A DNA stretch of 15,591 nt, from the NCBI GenBank assembly GCA_945861645.1, contig CAMAVZ010000035.1, positions 1-15,591 of the forward strand. The letters run 5' to 3'. The notes below the pieces were generated by a model, which worked only from the letters and a program-made list of their open reading frames with translations, did not search any database and was not told the origin of the DNA. This DNA comes from Opitutus sp. GAS368 (lineage in GTDB: Bacteria > Verrucomicrobiota > Verrucomicrobiia > Opitutales > Opitutaceae). Below, one piece after another: positions 6,425-14,563 of the stretch (position 1 is the first letter of the stretch; each line of letters opens with the position of its first letter). Made by a program: the position numbers and the translations under genes.

Positions 6425-8521
6425 TTAAAATTTCAGCAGCTCAACCTCGATATTGAGGGCGAAGGCGCTCTCGCGGCGGGGGCCATCGAACCAAGCGATT
6501 TCGTATTTGATCGCCCAAGTTTGACCGAGCCGTTGCCAGACGCCATAGCTTTGCTCATTAAACCGTGCATTACGGGTATCGTAGCGCCAGAGACCCGTGA
6601 CGTCGAAGGTTTCGTTGAGTCGTTGCCGATACTCGAGATAGTATTCGTGATACTGGTCGCGCAGATAGTGGGTGGCGAAGCGGAGAGTCCACCATTCCTG
6701 ATCAATCAGCTCGATCGCTGTATTTAATTCCTGTTGGCTGGAGGTGTGAAGATTGGTGCGTTGAAAAACTTCCCACTTAAGCCAAGGGGCGGGGGTGAGG
6801 GCGAACTCAGTATAAAAATCGGCGAGCCGTTGGCGTCCAGCGACGTGGTCAAAGCGGTAGTCGGTGGCAAAATTAAGTGAGGCTAAATGGCGCGAGCCGT
6901 AGCTGGAATCGCGCGTCTGCAACGTATGGGCAAACTCCAGCCGCAGGGTATCGAGGGCAGTGAGGTCATCGCTGGAACGTGAATCTCCGATGGAAAGCGG
7001 CTGCAGGTAAGTCGAGAAAGTGCGGCGGTCGATGGGCGGAATGTAAGCGCGTCCCCGGGCGGCGGCTGGTGCGTAGCGATAGGCGAATTTAGGCTCGATC
7101 AGGTGGCGCAAGCCATCGATCGCCCAGACGGGATTTTTATAGTCGAAGGTACCGCTCGAGCGCAGGCGGGCATCGAAGCCAACTTCGCCGATCGTCCGCG
7201 TGTAGTTTTGCGCGGAGCCTAGGGCATTCGTGTAGTGAGTGACGCGTCCCCCGGCGACGGGGGTGAACGTGAACCAAGGCGCGAGGTTGAGGGGACGCTC
7301 GAGTCCGTAGTAAGCATCGATTCGGTCCGTGCGCAAAGCAGGCTGGGTGCCCCACGCATCGGCTTGGAGCACTGCGGCGCTGGCGTTGAAGCGTTGGTAG
7401 AAGCCGAGAGCGAGCGGGCTCGGGAGTAAGTCAAAGCGGAGTTCGGGCAGGCGCTCGGCGACGCGGTGGTAACGGTTGGGGTGCACGCGGGCGAAGGCGC
7501 TCAGACTGTAATTGCCCTGGGTATAGCGGCCTTCGAAAAAGGAATCCGGCTCTGGGAGGCGAGCGAATTCCTTGTGGTTGAAATCGCGCAAAATTTCCGA
7601 ATCGCTCCAATAATTAAACTGACCATGCAGCGTGAAATTTTCGCCGATCTGCTGGTGATGCTCCCAGGCGAGATAGGCGCGTTGGCGTGGAACGGCCTGA
7701 CCGAGAACATCAGTTTGGCGCTGATTGCTCAGATCGTAAATATAGCCGGAGCGAAACGAACCAGCGAGGGACTGCCCCGAAGCGCTTTGGTGGTAGCTGC
7801 CCGAGGGGCCCACCATGAGACCGCGAGCGGAATAGAGCCCGACGTCAGCGCCTAATTTTACGCCAGTGCCCACGGGCACATGAAGGCCCAGTTCAGCAAA
7901 GGCCCCGAGCTTGCCGCGATAGCCGACGCGTTCGCTGAGATAAGAAATAAATGGAGCATCGAGCGCCTGCTCAAAGCGCGGGAGGGAGATAAAATGCCGG
8001 CCGAGCACGCCCAGGCTCAGGCCCTCCGCGCGAACAATCTTGCCCTTGGTGTAAGTGAGGTGGCGGGCATGGATGGAAGGTGTGTAGCGCGCATTTTCAC
8101 GGAAGAAGATGGTGGCATTGGTAAACGTTAGTTCATCGATGGTGCCGTCGACGGTATCGCCGAAGAGGTAAACGGGAAATTCTCCGAGCCGCAGGTTGCG
8201 CACGTGAATTTCTTGAGTGGCCAGATTGTAAGTACCCTCATCAGCGACTAAGCGGCGGGCTGCGTAGGTCAGGTTGAAGTGACCGGTGGCAATGGCGAGA
8301 TGGGTCAGGTCGTTGTAACGAATCGTATCGGCCGTTAGCTGCACCGTGCCATAGGTTAACCGCGCATTACCCGTGACGGTGGTTTCTTTGGTCGCATAGT
8401 TTGTCTCCACTTTCAGTCCGTCGACGGTCGCGGCTTGATTCTGACTGAAGCCTGAGCCCACGAAGAACCCCAGCGCGGCGGTGAGCGCGGCGAGCGGGCG
8501 GAAAGTACGAACAAATAGCAT
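6425..8521 (-). CDS. lptD: LPS-assembly outer-membrane protein LptD-like
   Basis: Signal peptide; N-terminal beta-jellyroll-like repeats (TGNARLTYGTVQLTADTIRY); barrel motifs SDSEILRDF, ERLPELRF, LRHLIEPKFAYRY; C-terminal beta-signal ending in Phe (LNIEVELLKF). Confidence 0.82.
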   Translation of the reverse strand: MLFVRTFRPLAALTAALGFFVGSGFSQNQAATVDGLKVETNYATKETTVTGNARLTYGTVQLTADTIRYNDLTHLAIATGHFNLTYAARRLVADEGTYNLATQEIHVRNLRLGEFPVYLFGDTVDGTIDELTFTNATIFFRENARYTPSIHARHLTYTKGKIVRAEGLSLGVLGRHFISLPRFEQALDAPFISYLSERVGYRGKLGAFAELGLHVPVGTGVKLGADVGLYSARGLMVGPSGSYHQSASGQSLAGSFRSGYIYDLSNQRQTDVLGQAVPRQRAYLAWEHHQQIGENFTLHGQFNYWSDSEILRDFNHKEFARLPEPDSFFEGRYTQGNYSLSAFARVHPNRYHRVAERLPELRFDLLPSPLALGFYQRFNASAAVLQADAWGTQPALRTDRIDAYYGLERPLNLAPWFTFTPVAGGRVTHYTNALGSAQNYTRTIGEVGFDARLRSSGTFDYKNPVWAIDGLRHLIEPKFAYRYAPAAARGRAYIPPIDRRTFSTYLQPLSIGDSRSSDDLTALDTLRLEFAHTLQTRDSSYGSRHLASLNFATDYRFDHVAGRQRLADFYTEFALTPAPWLKWEVFQRTNLHTSSQQELNTAIELIDQEWWTLRFATHYLRDQYHEYYLEYRQRLNETFDVTGLWRYDTRNARFNEQSYGVWQRLGQTWAIKYEIAWFDGPRRESAFALNIEVELLKF

Positions 8522-8676
8522 AGGTCTGAAGTGGCGGGCGAAAAGGTCGGGCGCAAATAGATTTAGAAATGCAAAAATCCTGACCGCGACCGACGGCCGG
8601 AGTTCCGCGCCTAGGATGTTCGGGTCATGTTTCGGCTAGACGCCGCATCGGGGTCGGTCACTGTTAATTTCCGTCC

Positions 8677-10893
8677 GTGATCATACCGCTTAATGAGCTC
8701 AACGCCTTTTTGGGCAATCATCAGGCCAACCCGCATGGCTGGCTGGGGATGCATCCGTTGAGGCAAGGCCCGAAAGCGGGGGTGGTGGTCCGCGCTTTCA
8801 TGAAGGCCGCGGTGAAATGCGCAGTCATCGATCTCGAGGCGGCGCAAGCGTTACCCTATCCGATGGAGCAGCTCGCGCCGGAAGGCTTTTTCGAAGTTTT
8901 CCTTCCGGGGAAAGCAATCTTTCGCTACCAACTGCGCTACGAAACTTCGTGGGGGGATATGCACCAGATCCATCATGCGTATGCTTTTCTCCCGACATTA
9001 TCGGCGCAGGATTTATATTTATTTAATGAAGGTAACGAGCACCGCATTTATGAAAAATTAGGCGCGCATATCCGCACAATGGGCGAAGTGCCGGGCGTGG
9101 CCTTTGCGGTCTGGGCCCCGGCGGCTTCGCGAGTTTCCTTGGTCGGTAATTTTAACAACTGGGATCCGCGCTACCACCCGATGCGTCCGCTCGGCGGTTC
9201 GGGGGTATGGGAATTATTTGTACCCGATGTACGGGCGGGCGAGCTCTACAAATTTGCGATCTGGGATCAGGCGGGGCACCGGCAGTTGAAGACTGATCCC
9301 TATGGCACTGCTTTTGAGGCACCGCCGAACAATGCCGCCATTATTTATGATACGACAAATTATCAATGGGGTGATCGCGCGTGGATGGCGCAACGCACGG
9401 CGCTGGCGGGGCAGGTGGATCGCCCTATTTCAATTTACGAAGTCCATCTCGGTTCATGGCGGCGCAATTTAGCGGAAGCGAATCGGCCGTACAATTATCG
9501 CGAGTTAGCGCCGCTGCTCGCTGATTATGTCGCGGCGATGGGGTTTACCCACATTGAGGTTTTACCCGTCAGCGAATTTCCTTTCACCGGTTCGTGGGGT
9601 TACCAAGTCACGGGTTATTTTGCGCCGACCCACCGCGGAGGCTCCCCGGAAGATTTCCAATTTTTCTGCGATTATCTGCACCAACGAGGCATCGGAATTA
9701 TCCTCGACTGGGTGCCGGCCCATTTCCCTCGGGATAGTTTTGCCCTCGCGCAATTCGATGGCACCCACCTCTACGAGCACGCCGATCCGCGCTTAGGCGC
9801 CCACATGGACTGGGGCACATTGATCTTTAATTATGGTCGTCATGAGGTGCGCAGTTTCTTGATCGCGAGCGCGCTGGCTTGGCTGGAGCGCTACCACATC
9901 GATGGCCTGCGGGTGGATGCGGTCGCCTCGATGCTTTATCTCGATTATTCCCGAGCCGAGGGAGAATGGATTCCCAACGAATTTGGCGGTCGTGAGAACT
10001 TGGCCGCCATTGGCTTTTTGCGGCAGGTCAATGATCTCGTTCACCACTATTATCCCGGAGTGCTAATGTTTGCAGAAGAATCAACCTCGTTTCCAAAAGT
10101 CACTCGGCCGACCGCGGAGGGCGGTCTCGGGTTCGACTACAAATGGAACATGGGCATGATGCATGATACGCTGGCGTATTTTCAGAAAGATCCCATCCAC
10201 CGAAAGTGGTCCCACGATAAATTGACCTTTGGGATGCTCTATCAGTATTCCGAGAATTTTGTTTCCGTCTATTCGCACGATGAGGTCGTGCATCAAAAAG
10301 GTTCGCTCTGGACTAAAATGGCGGCGGACAATTGGACGGATAAGGCCGCGAATTTACGGACGCTCTACGGCTATGTTTGGCTTTATCCGGGGAAGAAATT
10401 ACTCTTCATGGGCGGCGAATTTGGCCAACCGGCGGAGTGGAATCATGATGCTAGCCTGGATTGGGGCTTATTGCAGGAACCCCTGCACGAAGGGCTCCGG
10501 CTGTTGGTGCGTGACCTGAATAAACTTTATACAAGTGACCCGGTGCTCAGTGCCCAAGATTTTTCGGCCGCAGCTTTTCGCTGGGTTAATTGTGCTGACG
10601 GTGATCACAGCTGCCTCAGTTTTTTGCGTCTCGATGAAGCGCAGAAGTCGGCGTATCTCGTCGTGGTAAATTTCACGCCATTAACGCGCAACCGTTATCA
10701 GGTTGGCGTGCCCTATGCCGGCTATTGGCGCGAGGTGTTGAATACCAATTCAACTTATTATGGCGGCAGCGGCTTCGGGAATCACGGCGGCAAGCAAACT
10801 TCGGCGGCGCTGGCGGATGGGTACGCGCATGCGCTGCAGCTAACTTTGCCGGGGCTGTCGACGTTGGTCTTTCACTGGTCCGCGAAGGGGTGA
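8677..10893 (+). CDS. glgB: 1,4-alpha-glucan branching enzyme (GH13)
   Basis: 738 aa; FAVWAP, SIYEVHLGSW, SWGYQ, DWVPAHF, DGLRVDAVASM (nucleophile Asp), AEES (acid/base Glu), SHDEVVH, KKLLFMGGEFGQ. Confidence 0.97.
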   Translation: MIIPLNELNAFLGNHQANPHGWLGMHPLRQGPKAGVVVRAFMKAAVKCAVIDLEAAQALPYPMEQLAPEGFFEVFLPGKAIFRYQLRYETSWGDMHQIHHAYAFLPTLSAQDLYLFNEGNEHRIYEKLGAHIRTMGEVPGVAFAVWAPAASRVSLVGNFNNWDPRYHPMRPLGGSGVWELFVPDVRAGELYKFAIWDQAGHRQLKTDPYGTAFEAPPNNAAIIYDTTNYQWGDRAWMAQRTALAGQVDRPISIYEVHLGSWRRNLAEANRPYNYRELAPLLADYVAAMGFTHIEVLPVSEFPFTGSWGYQVTGYFAPTHRGGSPEDFQFFCDYLHQRGIGIILDWVPAHFPRDSFALAQFDGTHLYEHADPRLGAHMDWGTLIFNYGRHEVRSFLIASALAWLERYHIDGLRVDAVASMLYLDYSRAEGEWIPNEFGGRENLAAIGFLRQVNDLVHHYYPGVLMFAEESTSFPKVTRPTAEGGLGFDYKWNMGMMHDTLAYFQKDPIHRKWSHDKLTFGMLYQYSENFVSVYSHDEVVHQKGSLWTKMAADNWTDKAANLRTLYGYVWLYPGKKLLFMGGEFGQPAEWNHDASLDWGLLQEPLHEGLRLLVRDLNKLYTSDPVLSAQDFSAAAFRWVNCADGDHSCLSFLRLDEAQKSAYLVVVNFTPLTRNRYQVGVPYAGYWREVLNTNSTYYGGSGFGNHGGKQTSAALADGYAHALQLTLPGLSTLVFHWSAKG

Positions 10894-10914
10894 CGTTCCA
10901 GTCGCGGGAAAACT

Positions 10915-11004
10915 TTGCCCCCGGCAGCGCCGCGGGAGGGCGGCGGGCTCCTCGTCGTGATCGTCAAGCAGCCGTGGCAGAACGGCGATGAAGGCAGGGG
11001 GCAA
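10915..11004. other. GC-rich branched stem-loop element just downstream of glgB
   Basis: Terminal inverted repeat TTGCCCCC(10915-10922)/GGGGGCAA(10997-11004) encloses CGCCGC-gggagg-GCGGCG and GCCGT-ggcaga-ACGGC hairpins. Confidence 0.5.
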
Positions 11005-11028
11005 TCGGAGCGTAATAAATTTTGAACC

Positions 11029-11049
11029 AAGACGACTCGGGTCTTTTTT
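11029..11049 (+). terminator. Weak terminator-like hairpin for glgB
   Basis: AAGAC-gactcgg-GTCTT followed by TTTT; the stem is only 5 bp. Confidence 0.3.
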
Positions 11050-11057
11050 AGTCTCGG

Positions 11058-11183
11058 CTAAACCTCGGTATTGAATTGTTGAACATCGTAATAATAAAGC
11101 CCGACGAACGCCAAGGATAGCGTTACGCCGCAAATCAGCATAATGAACGGGGTTGACTGCCAGTGAAAAGGAATGCGTCTCAT
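11058..11183 (-). CDS. Putative 41-aa single-pass membrane microprotein (absent from the ORF track)
   Basis: Translated by hand: MRRIPFHWQSTPFIMLICGVTLSLAFVGLYYYDVQQFNTEV*. ATG start, TAG stop, basic N-terminus followed by a ~20-aa hydrophobic stretch. Same strand as, and 59 nt downstream of, the 11243-12010 gene. Confidence 0.45.
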   Translation of the reverse strand: MRRIPFHWQSTPFIMLICGVTLSLAFVGLYYYDVQQFNTEV

Positions 11184-11242
11184 GTTAAGAGTGGCGGTTA
11201 TTTGCTCAGCAATGCTTTAGCCATCGATGTCAAACGTGATCA

Positions 11243-12010
11243 TCACCGGTTCGTCGCGGGGGGCGGCAGGGTCCGGTGATAAGCATCATAAATGACGTGC
11301 ACATTCTCTTCATTGCCCAAAAACAAAATTCGTCCGGAAAAATGAGACGTGCGAGTGGTGGGCAGACTGGGCTGGTCCGCGGTGGCTAGGGTAAAATCCA
11401 TGGTGACGGTAAGCTCGTTCATTTTGACGCCGAGCACGGGGCTATACGGGGCGAGCAATTCGAGGGTAACTCTTTCTATCTGGGAGTGCTGCTTGTTTAC
11501 CGTCAGCTGGAGTTGTAAGTGCCCCAGCATCTTATCGGCAGCGGTGGCGGCGACGCGGAAGCGGCCGGTGTAAACAGCGCGCGCCGGATTTTCGCGCAGG
11601 AGTTCGAGACTCGCGGGCTCAATGTCGCTGGGGGAAAAAACAGGTTGGGTCAGGCTTGAGGCCTGAGCGGCTTTAAACGGAACGTACTGGGCTAATTCTT
11701 GGGCGGTGGGTGTTTGGCCGTTATTCTGGATGAGAGTCCATTGTTCTGCCGCTGGCTTGGCTGGGTCATAACGCTCGGTGATCGTAGTCTTGTTTTGGGT
11801 CGTAATCTGCGTGTAGGCCCAACCGGAAGGGACCGCCGGATTGAAAGTAGCCAGCGCGGTGCGCAGATAATCAGGTTGCGGTGCGGCTTGTCCGAGCGTG
11901 AGGGCAAGCCCAGCGAGTAACGCCAGCATGACGAGTCGGTAAGGCGCCGCTCCACGGTCGAAGATGCGAGGAGCAGGGATCGAGATAAGGCGAGATGAAG
12001 TGAGCATCAT
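11243..12010 (-). CDS. Exported hypothetical protein (beta-rich)
   Basis: 255-aa ORF with signal-peptide-like LVMLALLAGLALTLGQA. The start may be later (ATG 11929). The mature part has alternating beta-strand-like patterns (WAYTQITT, TERYDP, LQLQLTVNK, IERVTLEL). Confidence 0.75.
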   Translation of the reverse strand: MMLTSSRLISIPAPRIFDRGAAPYRLVMLALLAGLALTLGQAAPQPDYLRTALATFNPAVPSGWAYTQITTQNKTTITERYDPAKPAAEQWTLIQNNGQTPTAQELAQYVPFKAAQASSLTQPVFSPSDIEPASLELLRENPARAVYTGRFRVAATAADKMLGHLQLQLTVNKQHSQIERVTLELLAPYSPVLGVKMNELTVTMDFTLATADQPSLPTTRTSHFSGRILFLGNEENVHVIYDAYHRTLPPPATNR

Positions 12011-12238
12011 CGCAGAGGGTTAGTCGCATGGTCGGGCACTTCAATGAGGATAACGCACGGCATGGTGAGAGATAAATCGGCTAGAACTGCAAAAAAATGA
12101 GGTCTGATTCTGGCAAAACTGGGCCGCATGCATGCGGTGAAAGACGCGCAGAATTGCGCGAACGGGGCGACTTGACGCTTCAATCGAAACTTCCAAGCCA
12201 CGCTGGCCTAGCGCTGTGGCCGGCGCGCTTGCTGATTT

Positions 12239-13330
12239 TTAAGCCGCGGGCGGCACCGCGTCGGTCGATTCGGTCATCGGTGGTTGCCCAAAATAAGGGG
12301 TAACCGCGACGACGCGATCCGCTTGCCGTGTCCAACGATAGATCAGCGGTCCGTCTGCTCGTTTCAGTGCTTTAAAAATCTGGGGTGCTTCGCGTTTTTG
12401 TAGCATCAGGTCAGCCACGCCGTCAGGCGCGCAGGCAAACATCTTGACGTAGCCTTTGTAGTGGCGCGGTTCGCCTAATAGGCGGGCTACTTGACTAGCT
12501 CCTGTCGGCCGGGCTGGTTGTTCAGCGGGCGATTGCTCAAGCGGGGGTGTCGTCGAAAGAGTGGCGCGGGCGTCCAGCACGAGAAAACTGTAAGGCAATG
12601 AGCGCAAGTCGATGCCGGCTCGCTGACCAAAACGGACCCACCCAGAATCAGCTTGAACCCCGTGGGGTGGCGGCGCGAAGAAATGGCACCAATGTCGCTC
12701 GTTGCCAGCGGCGAAAATTCCGCAGGCGCCTTGGTGCGGGCAAGGCGCAATTGCCCGGAAGCGCGGTTTTAGCTTCTCGCGCCAGGTACCGAGGAGGCGA
12801 CTGACTTCATGGGTACCGGGTTCCACCCAAAGCACCGTTTGAGCCCGCGTCAGTAGTTCGGCTAGTTCGGCCCGCGCGATTTCGTTGAGCTCGTTGAGGA
12901 CGTGGCTGATGACCAGCACATCGATCGGCTCAGTGCCACGGAGGAAGCGAGTACTCGCGCGGTCCACGAGTAAATGAGGGTACGCGGCTCGTCCGCGATG
13001 TTCGGCAAAATCAAGCGCAAGATTAGAATGATCGTACAGGAGCAAGCGGGGGTTTTTCGCCGGACCGATGAAATCCATCACCCGGCGGCCGGCAACGCCG
13101 CTGCCGCAGCCCCAATCGAGGACGGTCGCCGCGTGCGGAGGGGTCCAGCCGTGGAGTTTTAGTTCACTTAAAACGGCATCCCATTTCCAACCGATCCGTT
13201 CGCCGAAAGTAAAATCGTAACACTCGAGGTCGGTGATCGTGTGCCAGTAAGGACCCTCGGCCGCGGAGCCGGAGAGAAATTTCTCCCGCAAATTATCCAG
13301 TACTTCCCAGTCGAGTGATGCCCAATCCAT
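12239..13330 (-). CDS. Small ribosomal subunit Rsm22/METTL17-family SAM-dependent methyltransferase-like protein
   Basis: VLDWGCGSG SAM motif, SHVLNEL, WVEPGT, IAPCPHQGAC, WCHF, YSFLVL and ARL...R.YKGYVKMFAC are hallmark Rsm22-family motifs. Confidence 0.85.
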   Translation of the reverse strand: MDWASLDWEVLDNLREKFLSGSAAEGPYWHTITDLECYDFTFGERIGWKWDAVLSELKLHGWTPPHAATVLDWGCGSGVAGRRVMDFIGPAKNPRLLLYDHSNLALDFAEHRGRAAYPHLLVDRASTRFLRGTEPIDVLVISHVLNELNEIARAELAELLTRAQTVLWVEPGTHEVSRLLGTWREKLKPRFRAIAPCPHQGACGIFAAGNERHWCHFFAPPPHGVQADSGWVRFGQRAGIDLRSLPYSFLVLDARATLSTTPPLEQSPAEQPARPTGASQVARLLGEPRHYKGYVKMFACAPDGVADLMLQKREAPQIFKALKRADGPLIYRWTRQADRVVAVTPYFGQPPMTESTDAVPPAA

Positions 13331-13372
13331 GTGCAGCGTATGAAATTATTTGGCGCAGGAATGGCGGTCTGC

Positions 13373-14563
13373 TCACTGGCTAAGTGCAAAGCCAAGCTGG
13401 CGCGCTAAGGCTTGGGCGGTGATGCCGTAAAAAGCGGCGAAGGCCCGCACCGACTCAGCCGCTTCGGCGGTCCGCGCTGGGCGCGCGTGCTTGATTGCGG
13501 CAACCATGATATTTTTGGCCGTGTGGTCGGTGGAGATAAATTCAAAGACTTTAGTATCGTAGCCGGCCCATTCGAGGAGCAAGGCGCGCAGAGCATCGGT
13601 CGCAAATTCTGCTTGGCGCTCTTGGAAAATTCCGTGCCGCAGGGCCGGCGCGAGCACGGGGGCCGGTGTCAGTTGGCTGCGCAATTCTTTTTGGCAACAC
13701 GGGGCCACGACCAGCAAAGCCGCCTCGGCTTGCACCCCTTTAGCCAGCGCGTCGTCGGTGGCGGTGTCGCAGGCGTGCAGTGCGATCAGGACGTCGAGAG
13801 CTGGATAGATCGCCGACTGGATAGTTCCGGCGGTGAAATCGAGGGTCGGGCGGCCCGTGGCAGTGGCTATCTCGTTGCATGCCCGAACCAGCTCGGGCCG
13901 AAATTCTATGCCATGAACATGAGCGGGACGGTTTGCGACGAGATGGAAATAATCGTGGGTGGCGAATGTCAGATACCCTTTACCGCAGCCCATGTCGGCG
14001 ATTTCAATCGGCCTCTCCGTGGGTAGATTTGCTTCAATGACGAGATGGCTGAGGATTTCTACGAATTTGTGAATCTGACGGTGTTTGTCCGCCATGCCTT
14101 CGCGGACAACAGAATGAGCGGTGGTGACGCCCAGCGCCTGTAACCAGGCTTGGCTCTGGTCGGGCAGGAGTCTTTTTTTGGCCCGATCATGCGTTTCAGG
14201 AGGGGCTTCCGTGGCGGGGGGGCCATAGGTGAGTCGTGGCTCGGCTTTTTTGTTATACTCTAGCTGTACGAGGCGCGTCGTGGTGAATAGATGTGCGCTA
14301 TGGAAATCTGTGCCGATTAACGGGGCCAGTAATTCTAAGGCCGCTTCGAGCGAATAATTTTTGGTGATATCCTGACGATCGTGACGCCAGACAAACGAGA
14401 TCTGGGCCGCGCCGCGCAGGGTGATGGGGCGAACAAGCAGATTGCGCAGGGTGGCGTCAGGCCCGCGGGCTTTACCCAAGGTTAATTTAACTAAATTGCC
14501 CTCACGCGTGGCGGTGATGAGTTGCGCTAGAAAATCTTCGCGCGGGGAAAGGGGAGCCGTCAT
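13373..14563 (-). CDS. Class I SAM-dependent methyltransferase (Methyltransf_32-like)
   Basis: KHRQIHKFVE, DMGCGKGYLTFA, LIALHACDTATDDAL, VAPCCQKELR, FEFISTDHTAKN motifs. Confidence 0.88.
   Translation of the reverse strand: MTAPLSPREDFLAQLITATREGNLVKLTLGKARGPDATLRNLLVRPITLRGAAQISFVWRHDRQDITKNYSLEAALELLAPLIGTDFHSAHLFTTTRLVQLEYNKKAEPRLTYGPPATEAPPETHDRAKKRLLPDQSQAWLQALGVTTAHSVVREGMADKHRQIHKFVEILSHLVIEANLPTERPIEIADMGCGKGYLTFATHDYFHLVANRPAHVHGIEFRPELVRACNEIATATGRPTLDFTAGTIQSAIYPALDVLIALHACDTATDDALAKGVQAEAALLVVAPCCQKELRSQLTPAPVLAPALRHGIFQERQAEFATDALRALLLEWAGYDTKVFEFISTDHTAKNIMVAAIKHARPARTAEAAESVRAFAAFYGITAQALARQLGFALSQ

Noticed and set aside
8522..8676. TGACCG...CGGTCA inverted repeat in the lptD/glgB divergent region
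   Set aside because: Only 6 bp with ~68-nt separation; expected by chance at this GC content.
10915..11004. Possible tRNA, SRP RNA or self-cleaving ribozyme
   Set aside because: No T-loop GTTCRA or CCA end, no SRP GGAA-loop domain, and no CUGAUGA/GAAA hammerhead core on either strand. Kept only as an unclassified structure.
10840..11133. 97-aa minus-strand ORF from the ORF track
   Set aside because: TTG start, overlaps the glgB end, Arg/Pro-rich. The 41-aa ATG ORF in another frame is a more protein-like explanation of this region.
12110..12126. Possible sigma54 promoter (TGGCA...)
   Set aside because: GG-N10-GC spacing is not satisfied, and it points antisense to the flanking genes.
12007..12303. 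64-aa (-) and 68-aa (+) ORFs in the intergenic gap
   Set aside because: No motifs or coding-like composition; both run through palindromic sequence.
13412..14026. 204-aa plus-strand ORF
   Set aside because: Lies wholly antisense to the well-supported methyltransferase; typical GC-rich shadow ORF.
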